DNA of 64,000 nt from an uncultured Dehalococcoidia bacterium (GCA_951812625.1 CATOSP010000003.1:245335-309334), one strand, 5' to 3'; positions 38,596-48,971 are shown, numbered from the stretch's first letter. Notes: generated by a model not told the origin, from the letters alone. Numbers and translations: made by a program.

Positions 38596-39534
38596 CTATC
38601 CAGTCCCGCGCAGCCGGGGGTCCAGAACGTCCCGCAGGGCGTCGCCAAGCAGATTCCAGGCGAAGACCACGACGACGATCGCAAGGCCGGGGAATATCGC
38701 CACCCAGGGCGCGAGCTTGATGGAGCTTGCGGAAGCGCCGGTCAGCATCCCGCCCCAGGACGGCACGTTGGGAGGTGTGCCTACTCCCAGGAAACTGAGG
38801 GATGCTTCGGCGATGATTGCCCCGCCCAGGTGAATGGTCACGCTAACGATGAACAGCGCGAAGCAGTTGGGGATCATGTGGCGGATGATTATCCTCCAGT
38901 CTCCGGCACCCACCGATCTGGCCGCCAGAACGTAGTCGGTCTCCTTGATGGCCAGCGCCTGGGAACGCAGGATACGGGCCGTGCTTGGTATGTATATGAT
39001 GCTCAGGGCGATCACCACGTTGTTCAGCGACGACCCCAGGGCCGCCATGATGGCAATTGCCAGGATCAACGACGGGAAGGCCATCATGCCATCGATGACC
39101 CTCTGTACCGAAAGGTCTGTGATGCCCCCAAAGTGGACGCTGGCCACTCCTACCATCATCCCGATGGTGCATCCGATGAAGGAACTCATCAGACCCACGT
39201 ACAGGGATATTCTCGCGCCATGCACAAGCCTGCTGTATACGTCCCGCCCCAGGTGGTCGGTGCCCAGCCAGAATTGGGGGTCCGGCGATGCGAATACGTC
39301 AACTTTGTTCCCGGTGGAGGTTTCGGGACGTATCTGGTAGGGATCGTGAGTATCAAGCACGTTTGCGAACACGGCAACGAAGACGAGAATAACAGCCACA
39401 AAGGCACCGAACGTCCCCAGTGGCTTGGTCCGGAAGAAATTCATAAGGTTCTGGACGGCGGTGCGCTTGGGCCTCAATCCGCCTTCCGGTGGTCCGGGCA
39501 GGGCGATCGCCCCGATCCCTCGGTCTTGACTCAT
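38596..39534 (-). CDS. ABC transporter permease, DppC/OppC family
   Basis: GTDHLGRDVYSRLVHGARISL; AEASLSFLG. Confidence 0.93.
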   Translation of the reverse strand: MSQDRGIGAIALPGPPEGGLRPKRTAVQNLMNFFRTKPLGTFGAFVAVILVFVAVFANVLDTHDPYQIRPETSTGNKVDVFASPDPQFWLGTDHLGRDVYSRLVHGARISLYVGLMSSFIGCTIGMMVGVASVHFGGITDLSVQRVIDGMMAFPSLILAIAIMAALGSSLNNVVIALSIIYIPSTARILRSQALAIKETDYVLAARSVGAGDWRIIIRHMIPNCFALFIVSVTIHLGGAIIAEASLSFLGVGTPPNVPSWGGMLTGASASSIKLAPWVAIFPGLAIVVVVFAWNLLGDALRDVLDPRLRGTG

Positions 39535-39615
39535 CAGTCCTCTCCTGGGGGCCGGTTTTGTGGGGTCTGTATCCTCTCTTCAAGAGCCGAGATGGGAAAC
39601 CGTACCTGCGGCGGA

Positions 39616-40584
39616 TCAGGTGTATCGAATGCGTGGGTTCAGCCAGGCATAGAACAGGTCCAGCACCAGGTTCAGCACCAGCACCAGCACCGTGATCAGC
39701 ACGATAACCGCCTGGATCATGGGAAAGTCCCGGTGGAATATGCTGGTCACCAGCAAGCGCCCCATTCCCGGGACCATGAAGATGACCTCGATTATGATTG
39801 TGCCTGCCATGAGCCGCCCGAATTCGTAACCGGAGATGGTTACCACCGGCAGCATGGCGTTCTTCAAGGCGTGGCGGAAGACCACCACCGCTTCCCGCAG
39901 ACCCTTGGAACGGGCCGTGCGGATGTAGTCCTCGCGAAATACCTCCAGCATGGCTGACCGCGTTATCCTGGCGATGAAAGCCATGTTGGAAAATCCCAAC
40001 GCCAGCGCCGGGAAGAAGAGTTGCTTCAGGTTAGACGTCGGGTCCTCCCACAGGCTGACGTAAACGATTGGCGGCATCCATCCGAAGATCAGGACCAGGA
40101 AGAAGATCATCAAGATGGCAAGCCAGAAGTTGGGGATTGCCACCCCGGCTATAGTGATGACCCGTGTCGCGTAGTCCGCAATGGTGTCCTGCCTGATTGC
40201 GGATACGACCCCCATGGGAACGGCGACAATTATGGCCAGAATGGTGGCGAGAATGGCGAGCTCCAGGGTGACGGGGAATTTCTGCTTCAGGTCGGCGGCG
40301 ACGGGGGTTTCGTAGAAGAAGGACGTCCCGAAGTCCAGCCGGGCCATGTTGCCTACCCAGATGGCGTACTGGATGACGATAGGCTTGTCCGTACCCAACT
40401 TGGCCCGCAACTCGGCCAACTGTTCCTGGCTGTACTCGTTTTCCTCTCCGCCCGCTTCCCCGCCTGCCAGGAGCATCACCGCCGGGTCGCCAGGAACGAT
40501 GCGCAACAGGACGAAGATGACGATGGTCACCAATAGCAGGGTAGGTATGAACAGGAGGGTCCTTTTGGCTACGTATGCCTGCAT
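39616..40584 (-). CDS. ABC transporter permease, DppB/OppB family
   Basis: PGDPA, EDYIRTARSKGL, RHALKNA. Confidence 0.94.
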   Translation of the reverse strand: MQAYVAKRTLLFIPTLLLVTIVIFVLLRIVPGDPAVMLLAGGEAGGEENEYSQEQLAELRAKLGTDKPIVIQYAIWVGNMARLDFGTSFFYETPVAADLKQKFPVTLELAILATILAIIVAVPMGVVSAIRQDTIADYATRVITIAGVAIPNFWLAILMIFFLVLIFGWMPPIVYVSLWEDPTSNLKQLFFPALALGFSNMAFIARITRSAMLEVFREDYIRTARSKGLREAVVVFRHALKNAMLPVVTISGYEFGRLMAGTIIIEVIFMVPGMGRLLVTSIFHRDFPMIQAVIVLITVLVLVLNLVLDLFYAWLNPRIRYT

Positions 40585-40621
40585 TAGCCCGGCCTATCCT
40601 TCTTAAGATTTGGTCTCATCA

Positions 40622-40649
40622 GACGGGGCAGGATACGTCCTGCCCCGTC
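40622..40649 (-). other. Intercistronic stem-loop after SBP4
   Basis: GACGGGGCAGGA-TACG-TCCTGCCCCGTC, no clear U-tract. Confidence 0.55.
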
Positions 40650-40687
40650 GTTGCGTATCTCTCTGTAGAATGAATGTTGGCGGAATG

Positions 40688-42628
40688 CTAACGGCAAGCG
40701 TCCACCGGATCGCACCAGAGATGCTCCCACTTGGTACCCATGTAGTGGCTGGGATGCAGGTGGAAGTTCTTGACCTGAGTGGCCACCGGGAAGGCGCGCG
40801 CGCCCCAGAACAGATTGATGTACTGTGCATCCTCGTTCATAAGGATGTCTTCCATCTGTCGGACTATGGCCTTCCGCTTCTCCAGGTCCAACTCCTGGGA
40901 CTGCTGCTTGTACAGGTCTTCGAACCCGCTGGGGTGCTGGAAGTTGGCCCCTGGGGCGCCCCCTGCACCCCACCTGGTCATGGTGCTGTTGACCCACTGG
41001 GCATAGACCACGTCCGGGTCCATCAGTGACAGTGAGCGTCCCTGGACCATGAACTGGAACTCCCCAGCGTCGTAGGCCTTATAGCCCGCGGCGCTCTCAT
41101 AGGTCTTGATGGTGGCCTGGATGCCGATCTTCTTCAATTGCTCCGCGACAATAGCAGCCTCGTCCGGGTACCCCACGGCGTTGCGGGCAGAGAGCGTCAC
41201 CTCGAATCCATCAGGCAGGCCGGCTTCAGCCAGAAGTTGTCTTGCCTGGTCGAGGTCTCGCGGGTCCTTCTGCAGGCCCTCTATTCCCTTCAGTGATCCT
41301 GTCACCGGAGTACCGGATCCATCAACATAACGGTAGCCGGGCAGCGAGAGCAGTTCCTCAGTCTTGCGCCCGAAGACCGTGTCTGGTGGGAACGGAGACC
41401 CCATCCACCAGACTCCCGCGCTCAATGTATCCACCACCTCCCAGCGGTCGATGGCCAGGTTGACCGCCTGCCTGACCCTGACATCGTCGAAGGGGGCTTT
41501 GGTCGTGTTAAACCCTACCCCGTGGGCCAGGATGGGACCGGCCCAGTGGAAGTCCACCTTCCCCTTGAGTTCCTCTTGCAGTCTCAGTGCGTCGTGAACG
41601 CCGATTTGATGCACGATCCAGTTGACCATCAGCACCTGGCCCGTCTGGAACGCCGCCATCTGGGAGGCAGAGTCGATGATGATGACGTGCCGCATCCCGT
41701 CAATACGAGGGTAGCCTTCCTTCCAGTAGTTCGGGTTGGCTTCGTACTCGTTCTGGACATCCTTGGTGTACTTCTTGTGCAGGAAGGGGCCGGAGCCGTT
41801 GAAGTCCTCCGGAGTCTTGATGGTCTGGGCTTTTCTTTCCCCAAGCACGGTGTGCTTGGGGAGCATCTTGAACACATCGAGGGACAGGGTGGGAATGAAG
41901 GCGGGCGCGGGGAACAGTGTCTCCACCTCCACGGTGTGCTGATCGATGGCACGGGACATCCCTGCCTCGTAGTAGTTGTCTGTAAAGATGGCCCCGCTCC
42001 GAGTCGCGCCTTGTATACCATCAAGCCCGTTGCAATCCGCGCAAACTCCGCCGTCCATGCTGAACACGATGTCTTCGGCGGTAACCGGCTTCCCGTCGTG
42101 CCAGGCCGCATTCTTCCGCAGGTAGAACACGTAGGTCGTGGGTCCGGTCTGCTCCCAGCTTTCAGCCAGGTCGCCCCTTATGTCCAGAGGATCGTCTGTC
42201 TCGGGGTTGAACTCCAGCAGGCCATTGAACACCGGGGAGGTGTTCTTGAGCTGAGATCCAGCCCACTCCCAGATGGCCTTCTGCGTGGGCGCGTTGTAGT
42301 CCATAAAGGTGATGAAGCCACCGCGCTTGGTCTCAGCCATTACCGGCACTGCCGTTGGCTCTGGCTTGGCCTCGGGGGCTACAGTTGCCGCCACCATCTG
42401 GGCAGGCTTCATCCCCTCGGGCCTCACCTCGACTATCTTGGTGATTTCCACTTCCTTGACTACTTCCTTCTCGACCACCACCTCTTTGGGTACTTCCTTG
42501 ATCACCTCCTTTTCCACCACTACCTGCTCGGCTGGCGCGGCAGACCCGCAGGCAATGAGGAAAAGCAGTGTGAAAAGCATCGAACCTAGTACGACATACC
42601 TGACATTCCGACTGTTCAGCCTTAACAT
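40688..42628 (-). CDS. Family 5 ABC substrate-binding lipoprotein (SBP4, divergent)
   Basis: LIAC lipobox, EKEV linker, DLAESW, HDGKPVTAED, GSGPF. Confidence 0.92.
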   Translation of the reverse strand: MLRLNSRNVRYVVLGSMLFTLLFLIACGSAAPAEQVVVEKEVIKEVPKEVVVEKEVVKEVEITKIVEVRPEGMKPAQMVAATVAPEAKPEPTAVPVMAETKRGGFITFMDYNAPTQKAIWEWAGSQLKNTSPVFNGLLEFNPETDDPLDIRGDLAESWEQTGPTTYVFYLRKNAAWHDGKPVTAEDIVFSMDGGVCADCNGLDGIQGATRSGAIFTDNYYEAGMSRAIDQHTVEVETLFPAPAFIPTLSLDVFKMLPKHTVLGERKAQTIKTPEDFNGSGPFLHKKYTKDVQNEYEANPNYWKEGYPRIDGMRHVIIIDSASQMAAFQTGQVLMVNWIVHQIGVHDALRLQEELKGKVDFHWAGPILAHGVGFNTTKAPFDDVRVRQAVNLAIDRWEVVDTLSAGVWWMGSPFPPDTVFGRKTEELLSLPGYRYVDGSGTPVTGSLKGIEGLQKDPRDLDQARQLLAEAGLPDGFEVTLSARNAVGYPDEAAIVAEQLKKIGIQATIKTYESAAGYKAYDAGEFQFMVQGRSLSLMDPDVVYAQWVNSTMTRWGAGGAPGANFQHPSGFEDLYKQQSQELDLEKRKAIVRQMEDILMNEDAQYINLFWGARAFPVATQVKNFHLHPSHYMGTKWEHLWCDPVDACR

Positions 42629-43148
42629 CTCGCCCTCCAAAAGTTGGCATAGAAAAAGGCGCTTTCTATCGGACACGGAATCCGCCGGGAATGGCGGAAG
42701 CCTTCAAGGTGAAGGCCGCGACTCCAATGTGGAAGCGCCTATACGGGGTATGGTAATATGCAACATGGCACGTGTGACCAGCACGTTCCACCTCCCCCCA
42801 GGCGGTCTAGTTGTGCGACGAGCCCGCCTGGGGTCTTTCTTTTGTTGTTTGCTTGCTATGTTTCTTTGTATTTAGGCTTTACGCTAACCCTTGAAGTAGC
42901 CTGGCATTAGCAATTCGACACAATTCTTCGAATATCGTATCGTATTGCGTCTGCCGAATGGACTTGGAGAGTAATGTAAAGTATTGGGAGAAGTGATGTC
43001 AAGACCGGATTTGTGATGTTGATTACAGGAATATATCCAGTGCCATGATAGGGGTTGGCCCAGTCGGTACTGGCCGCAAACAAGACCGCGCCCCTGTTTG
43101 GCAGGGGCGCGGTTGGGAAGCCGGGGAATTGGGTGCTTGGAACCCTGA

Positions 43149-44207
43149 CTACAGGTTGAACTGGGGGTCCATGTAGCTTTCGTCCTTCTCGAATACCTGG
43201 ACGCGGCCACGGTGGGAGTCGGTTATCATCAGGCGATTGGTGGCCTGGTCGAAGGCACAGGCAACCGGCATCCGGAAATAATTCTGGATCTCCGGGTTCT
43301 TCACCCGGCGGCGTGCCTTGCCCATGTCGGGATTGGCGACGATGGACATCTCGGCCCACTTGGACAGTCCGCGGGCCTCGCCCCTCAGGGTGGCCAGGGT
43401 GCCGCCTATGGAATTGAATATCACTACCCGCTCGTTCATCCAGTCCACCACATAAACGTCGCCGTCCTGGTCAACGGCCACTCCGGTGGGGTGGTTCAGG
43501 TCGTTGGGGTTCTCCCCAATCTCCCGAACCGTGGCATGGATGTAGGGCGTGTCCCCGGAATTGGATACCCCGGTCTTCTTGCCGGAGCCGAAGGTCATCA
43601 GGTAGTCACCGCTGGCGGTGAACTTCTGGACCCGGTGGTTGTTCCAGTCGGCTATGTAGATGTTTCCGTTGTTGTCCAGGGTAATTCCCCAGGGCATGTC
43701 CAGTTCACCCTCGGCGTCGCCCTTGCTGCCGAACCCGGTGATGTACTGCCCGTCCTTGGTGAACTTCTGGATGCGGCTGTTGAGGCTGTTGACGACCCAT
43801 ACGTTGTCATCGGCATCGAAGGCCATACCGGACGGGCCGTTGAGCTGGCCCTCGCCCTCTCCATGCTCGCCCCAGACCTTGAGCAGGTTACCCTCAGAAT
43901 CGAAGACGGTGATGCGGTTGAGCCACTCGTCCGCAGTGTAAACGTTCTCATCCTTGTCCAAGGCGAGGTCCGTGGGCCATACCCACTGTCCCTCTTCCTC
44001 GCCGCCGCGGCCAAATTCCCCCAGGAACTCCTGGTCAACGGTGGCCTTGGTTACGCGCGGGGACGTGCGGTTCAGAACGTAGATTACGTCGTTCTTGCCG
44101 GCGGCTATGCCAATGGGCTGGGTAAGGCCGTTACCGGCGCCACCCCTGCGTCCCACGTAGTGGCTGTACTGCCAGCAGCGCCCTGATGCTACTGTGATTT
44201 CCGCCAT
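43149..44207 (-). CDS. NHL-repeat beta-propeller protein (copy B)
   Basis: Paralog of 7014..8042; same DPQFNL C-terminus. Confidence 0.9.
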   Translation of the reverse strand: MAEITVASGRCWQYSHYVGRRGGAGNGLTQPIGIAAGKNDVIYVLNRTSPRVTKATVDQEFLGEFGRGGEEEGQWVWPTDLALDKDENVYTADEWLNRITVFDSEGNLLKVWGEHGEGEGQLNGPSGMAFDADDNVWVVNSLNSRIQKFTKDGQYITGFGSKGDAEGELDMPWGITLDNNGNIYIADWNNHRVQKFTASGDYLMTFGSGKKTGVSNSGDTPYIHATVREIGENPNDLNHPTGVAVDQDGDVYVVDWMNERVVIFNSIGGTLATLRGEARGLSKWAEMSIVANPDMGKARRRVKNPEIQNYFRMPVACAFDQATNRLMITDSHRGRVQVFEKDESYMDPQFNL

Positions 44208-44328
44208 GTTGGGTTACCTCCGGTTTATCTTGGAGTCATGGGCGCGATTGCCTCGGTACAGTTGAGTTAAGGCGGGCGGCGCAGCGCGCCCAGCTGCTCT
44301 GCCCGCCGGATGTGCCAGAAGCAACGCC

Positions 44329-45456
44329 CTAGAGGAAGCTGTGCTTCTCGAAGGAGCCGTTGACGATGGGCTTTGCGTCCAGGCCGAACCAGTCCTCGAT
44401 GATGGTGGTGTAGCCGCCGCGGAAGTCGTAGTTCGGGACCAGGTCTCCCTGCTCCAGGTCCTCCGCCTTCGCCGACGGGTACTGCCCGTACATCCCGCCC
44501 TTCACCGCGTCGCCGATGGCGAACGCCGCTCCGGCCGCGCCGTGGTCGGTCCCGGAACCGTTGTCGTGCACCCGCCGTCCGAACTCGGTGAACAGGTACA
44601 TGACTACGTTCTCGCCGGTGCCGTGGGCGTGCAGGTCCTCGAAGAACGCCGATATCCCCTCGGAGACGTCCTTCCACAGGGTCGGGTGCGCACCGGCCTC
44701 ACCGGCGTGGGTGTCGAAGCTCCCGTGCTGCGTGTAGAAGATCCGCGTCCCCAGGTCAGCCAGGTACACCTGCGCGATGTCCTTCAGGTGGGCGGCGATG
44801 GGGCTGTTGGGATACTCAACGCTTGAGGAGTACATCTCGGGTGCGACCTTGACGATGTCGGCCCCGGTCATGGCCTCCATGCCGGTGGAGCGCAGGTAGT
44901 CGGTGACCATCCCGGAACCGACGGCCGGGGAGTACATGCGCGCAAACAGGTCCAGGGCCTTCATGCGCTGCTGGTCGTCGCTGATGCCGGTCAGCACGCC
45001 GTAGGTCTCCAGGTCGGCGATGGCGGCTACGGGGACTCCCGGGACCACCAGGGCGCGGGGCAGGCCGTGGCCGAAGTTGATCGCCGACAGCACGTTCTCC
45101 TTGTTCGGGTCGAGCTCGCGGGCCAGGCGTCCGGCCCAGCCTTCCGTCCCGACCTTGTCCGGCTCGCAGGTGTGCCAGATGTCCATGGAGCGGAAGTGGG
45201 AGCGCGGGGAGTCGGCGTAGCCGATGCCATGGAGGACGGCGACCTTGCCCTGGTCGTAGAGATTCTTGATGGGGCCCATGGTGGGCATGAAGCCCAGCTG
45301 GTCGTCGACCTTGATGATGTCTTCCTGGCGGTACTGGACCGCGGGGCGGTTGTCGTAGTAGAGGGGGTCGTTGTAGGGGATCACAGTGTTGAAGTAGTCG
45401 TTGCCGCCGGTCAGCTGCAACACTACGATGACAGGGTCCTTCTTGGTCGAGGTCAT
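44329..45456 (-). CDS. DUF1501-family protein (copy B)
   Basis: Nearly identical to 8148..9275. Confidence 0.9.
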   Translation of the reverse strand: MTSTKKDPVIVVLQLTGGNDYFNTVIPYNDPLYYDNRPAVQYRQEDIIKVDDQLGFMPTMGPIKNLYDQGKVAVLHGIGYADSPRSHFRSMDIWHTCEPDKVGTEGWAGRLARELDPNKENVLSAINFGHGLPRALVVPGVPVAAIADLETYGVLTGISDDQQRMKALDLFARMYSPAVGSGMVTDYLRSTGMEAMTGADIVKVAPEMYSSSVEYPNSPIAAHLKDIAQVYLADLGTRIFYTQHGSFDTHAGEAGAHPTLWKDVSEGISAFFEDLHAHGTGENVVMYLFTEFGRRVHDNGSGTDHGAAGAAFAIGDAVKGGMYGQYPSAKAEDLEQGDLVPNYDFRGGYTTIIEDWFGLDAKPIVNGSFEKHSFL

Positions 45457-45601
45457 GTCTGTCTCCTTGACTTGATGCTTCCTCTCCACATAGAGAGACA
45501 GGTCACTCCCCTTGTTATAGGAGAGTCCGGGATGAGGAGGGTTCCCGGAATGTTATTCCTCACCCCGGCCATCTTAGATCTTCGGTAAAGGGATCATCCG
45601 C

Positions 45602-47002
45602 CTAGCCGAACTGGTACTCGGTGGTGGCGCCGACCAAGGCCAGCATCTCACCGACGCGGGTGCCTGAGGCTTCCTCGTTGCTCCAGTCCATGTTGCCCTC
45701 GGCCTTGGCATGGTCGAGAAGCTGCTGGCGGGTCTCGTCGCCGATTTCCAGGAAGCCCATGTGCTCCAGGGATGCTTCCAGCAACTCCTCGGGTGAAGTC
45801 ACTCCGGCAGCCTTCATGTCGCCGATGATGCTCCTCACACCGGGGAAGCTGGTATTGGCAACCCGGTCGGCCACGAAGTTGATGCGGGCCAGCAGGGAGC
45901 CGCTGTTGATCCATTCGGAGCCCGTGTACCAACCCTCAACACTGGGCGGGTCCAGAAGGGCCTGGCCCATGTAGCCGGGTTCTGAGCCGATGCTGGGAAG
46001 GGTCGGCTCTGGAGTCTTGTAAGCGCCCACCAGCTTCAGGGTGCTGGCGACGACTTCGGCGGGGCTCTTGATCTTGGCGAAGCGCGCGTTCTTGAAGAAG
46101 TCGGAATTGAGCATCAGGCGCAGCACGGCCTTCATCTCGTAGCCAGACTCTTCAAAGGCCGTGACCATCATGTCAAGGGCTTCTTCATCGCGGGCAGGCT
46201 CGATGGTCCAGGCCGGGACTTGCACCTCGTCGGCCACGAAGAAGTTGTACAGGTGGCGGCAGATGAACCGGGCTGTCGCCGGCTCCTTGACGATTATGTC
46301 GATGATGTCCTCGCCGTTGAAGTTGCCGGTGTACCCCAGGAAGGTCTTCTCGCCGTCGTCGTGGTCCTCGCCCAGATACTCATACCGCCAGGGGAAGCGT
46401 CCGAAAGGCTGGCGCGGCAGCTTGGGCATGATGGTCCAGCCGGTGAAGGCGCGGGAAGCTTCACGGACGTCGACCTCGGTGTAGTTGCTGACGCCCATGC
46501 TGAAGAGTTCCAGGAGTTCCCGGCCCCAGTTCTCGTTGACGGCGTCCCGGTGGTTCTCGTTGTTGTCCAGCCAGAAGATCATGGCCGGATTCTTGGAAAG
46601 CTGGACCAGCATCTCCCGGTAGTTGCCCATGCCGTACTTGCGGAACATGGTCAACTGCTCGAGCATCTGGTCACAGTTGTCCACCTTGGCGTTGCCGGTG
46701 GCGAAAACGTGGTGCCAGAACAGAGCGACCTTCTCTTCCAGTGGCCGCTGGGTTGTGATCATATGGTACATCCAGTTGTACTGGCCCGGGGTGGGCGTAC
46801 CGCCGGGTAGCAGGCAACCTGGCAGGTAGCGCAGCAACATGGCGGTCTTGCCCGATTGCCTGTCCTCGGGTGGATCGATCAACTCGTCCACAGTGGCTTC
46901 GTAGCCCATCTCGGTGTACCGGGCAAGCTCTTCCTTGGTTGCGCCAAACCCTGCGCGGCGCATCAGGTGTGCCAGCAGGGCTACGTCCTCTTTGTTAGAC
47001 AT
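45602..47002 (-). CDS. DUF1800-family protein (copy B)
   Basis: Paralog of 9411..10820; ATG after GGAGG. Confidence 0.9.
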   Translation of the reverse strand: MSNKEDVALLAHLMRRAGFGATKEELARYTEMGYEATVDELIDPPEDRQSGKTAMLLRYLPGCLLPGGTPTPGQYNWMYHMITTQRPLEEKVALFWHHVFATGNAKVDNCDQMLEQLTMFRKYGMGNYREMLVQLSKNPAMIFWLDNNENHRDAVNENWGRELLELFSMGVSNYTEVDVREASRAFTGWTIMPKLPRQPFGRFPWRYEYLGEDHDDGEKTFLGYTGNFNGEDIIDIIVKEPATARFICRHLYNFFVADEVQVPAWTIEPARDEEALDMMVTAFEESGYEMKAVLRLMLNSDFFKNARFAKIKSPAEVVASTLKLVGAYKTPEPTLPSIGSEPGYMGQALLDPPSVEGWYTGSEWINSGSLLARINFVADRVANTSFPGVRSIIGDMKAAGVTSPEELLEASLEHMGFLEIGDETRQQLLDHAKAEGNMDWSNEEASGTRVGEMLALVGATTEYQFG

Positions 47003-47095
47003 CCAACAGCCTCCTTTTGTATTGCTTTGGTCTCCAAATTTCAACAACCCCGCCGCCAGCAAAACGCATAAATCGACAGGGGCGGTTTGGTTCCG

Positions 47096-47124
47096 ATAAT
47101 ATGCCATGCCCGTATGACTGTCAA
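47096..47124 (-). promoter_or_regulatory. Sigma70-type promoter of DUF1800 operon B
   Basis: TTGACA-N17-TATTAT. Confidence 0.65.
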
Positions 47125-47359
47125 CGGCCCGTAGTTATGGCAGCAGCGCGCCTGGCGACGAAACAGTGACGTTATGTGGCCACATTATACGAAAACGGAC
47201 TTACGCAACCATGGTGCATTTGGGAGAGCAGGCCGCCACCTGGCGCGTAGATGCCAGCGGACAGACGGCTCCGATACTACACATGGCCCAATCCTGCTAT
47301 CATAGGGCGGCGTTAACCGGCGGGACTCAATTCCCGAAACCAACATATATGTAAGGAAG

Positions 47360-47758
47360 GTGACAGCCGTGTCGAACGACAGCATCAGGCTCAAGGCGAT
47401 CAACCATATCACCTATAACGTCAAGAACAAGGACGCCGCTCTCAAGTGGTACACTGAGGTCCTGGGGCTGGGACAGATTCCCAAGATGGTGGACAGCGAT
47501 AACCTCTACTGGCTCCAGCTTCCCAGCGGGGCGATGGTGCACATCATTGAGAACCCCGAAGCTCCCTCGGCTCCCTCGCACCACACCGCGTTCGAGGTTG
47601 ACGACATCGAGGCGGCCAAGGCTGATATGGAGAGCAAGGGTGTTGAGGTCACAGACATCAGCCTTCGCCATGACGGGCAGCGTGCCTGCTACTTGAATGA
47701 CCCCGATGGTAACCGCATAGAGCTTTGCACCAAGTCAGGTTTTGGAGTGCTGGTCTAG
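47360..47758 (+). CDS. VOC/glyoxalase-family protein
   Basis: INHIT, WYTEVLG, HHTAFEV, DPDGNRIEL. Confidence 0.92.
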   Translation: MTAVSNDSIRLKAINHITYNVKNKDAALKWYTEVLGLGQIPKMVDSDNLYWLQLPSGAMVHIIENPEAPSAPSHHTAFEVDDIEAAKADMESKGVEVTDISLRHDGQRACYLNDPDGNRIELCTKSGFGVLV

Positions 47759-47843
47759 ACGCGACTTCCGGGGCCATCGGCCCAGTTTCGGTCAAGGCGG
47801 TGACGCCCGCGTGCCAACAGCTACGCGGGCGTTCTTTCATTTG

Positions 47844-48926
47844 TCAGGCTGCGGCCAGCCTGTTCACCACATCCTCGTCAAGCTCCACCCCCAGGCCCGG
47901 TCCCTCGGGCACGTCCAGGTATCCGTAATTGACCTGCAGCGGTTCCTTCAGTATGGGCCACTCGTCGCGGATGGAAGTGGGTTCTATGTTGTATTCCTGG
48001 GCGTAGGGGATGTTTGCATAGGCAGCGCAGGCGTGCAGGTGGGCTACGGTGCTTATCGTTGGCTGGGTGTTGTGTACGGTTATGGGCTTGCCGAAGGCCG
48101 ACGCCAGAGCGGCGATACGCTGGAACTCAGTAAAGCCGGGGGCCTTCACGATGTCCGGCTGCACTATGTCGATCCTGCCCCTGAGCATCAGGTCCCGGTA
48201 CTCCCAGTGGGTATAGATCATCTCCCCCGACGCGATGGGAATGTCCAGGGTGTCGGCGATGGTCGCCAGACCCTCAAGGTCGTGATGGGGACGTGGCTCC
48301 TCGAAATGGAACACTCCCAGGTCTTCCAGCGCCCGTCCAATCTCCAGGGCGTGGTGAGTGGAGAACGCGCCGTTCACGTCCACCAGGATCTCAATGTCGT
48401 CGCCCACGGCGGCACGGACTTCCCTGACCGTGTCTATCGTCTGGTCCGCTGGGTGGTCGATGGCCCCCGGAACTGCACTGTGCAACTTGTATGCCGAGTA
48501 CCCGGCATCTACGAAAGATGCGGCGCGCCTGGCTTCCTCTGCTGGAGTCATGTCCCTCCGCATGGAACTGGCGTACATCCGTACCTTGTCGCGCGCCTTG
48601 CCGCCCAGCAGCCTGTATATGGGCACACCCAACGCCTTGCCCTTCAGGTCCCAGAGGGCTATGTCCAAGCCGGCGATGGCGCAGTAGACCGCGCCTCCCA
48701 TGTCCGCCGCCGACCCTGCAGCGACCATCTCCCGCCAGCGCACTTCCGTGTCCACAGGGTCCTTGCCGAGAAGGGCCGGTTTCAACGTGGTGTCCACCAG
48801 GGTCTTGACCACCTGCGGCTGGCGGCGGAAGCACTCGCCGATCCCCACCAGACCCTCATCGGTGTACACACGGACGAAAGGGAATTGGCGATCAAGCACC
48901 AGGCATTCCACGTCAGTTATCTTCAC
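47844..48926 (-). CDS. Mandelate racemase/muconate lactonizing (enolase superfamily) protein
   Basis: TDEGLVGIGE, DIALWDLKGK, DVN, EEP, ASGE, QPD, PGLG. Confidence 0.92.
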   Translation of the reverse strand: MKITDVECLVLDRQFPFVRVYTDEGLVGIGECFRRQPQVVKTLVDTTLKPALLGKDPVDTEVRWREMVAAGSAADMGGAVYCAIAGLDIALWDLKGKALGVPIYRLLGGKARDKVRMYASSMRRDMTPAEEARRAASFVDAGYSAYKLHSAVPGAIDHPADQTIDTVREVRAAVGDDIEILVDVNGAFSTHHALEIGRALEDLGVFHFEEPRPHHDLEGLATIADTLDIPIASGEMIYTHWEYRDLMLRGRIDIVQPDIVKAPGFTEFQRIAALASAFGKPITVHNTQPTISTVAHLHACAAYANIPYAQEYNIEPTSIRDEWPILKEPLQVNYGYLDVPEGPGLGVELDEDVVNRLAAA

Positions 48927-48971
48927 GCTTGGACCTCCTTTTGTATCCCACCGCCGCGCCGCCTCCGGTGT

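Noticed and set aside
8148-45456. Near-identical DUF1501 copies as ends of a composite transposon, prophage or DGR template/variable pair
   Set aside because: No transposase, integrase or reverse transcriptase; differences are mostly synonymous and not adenine-specific
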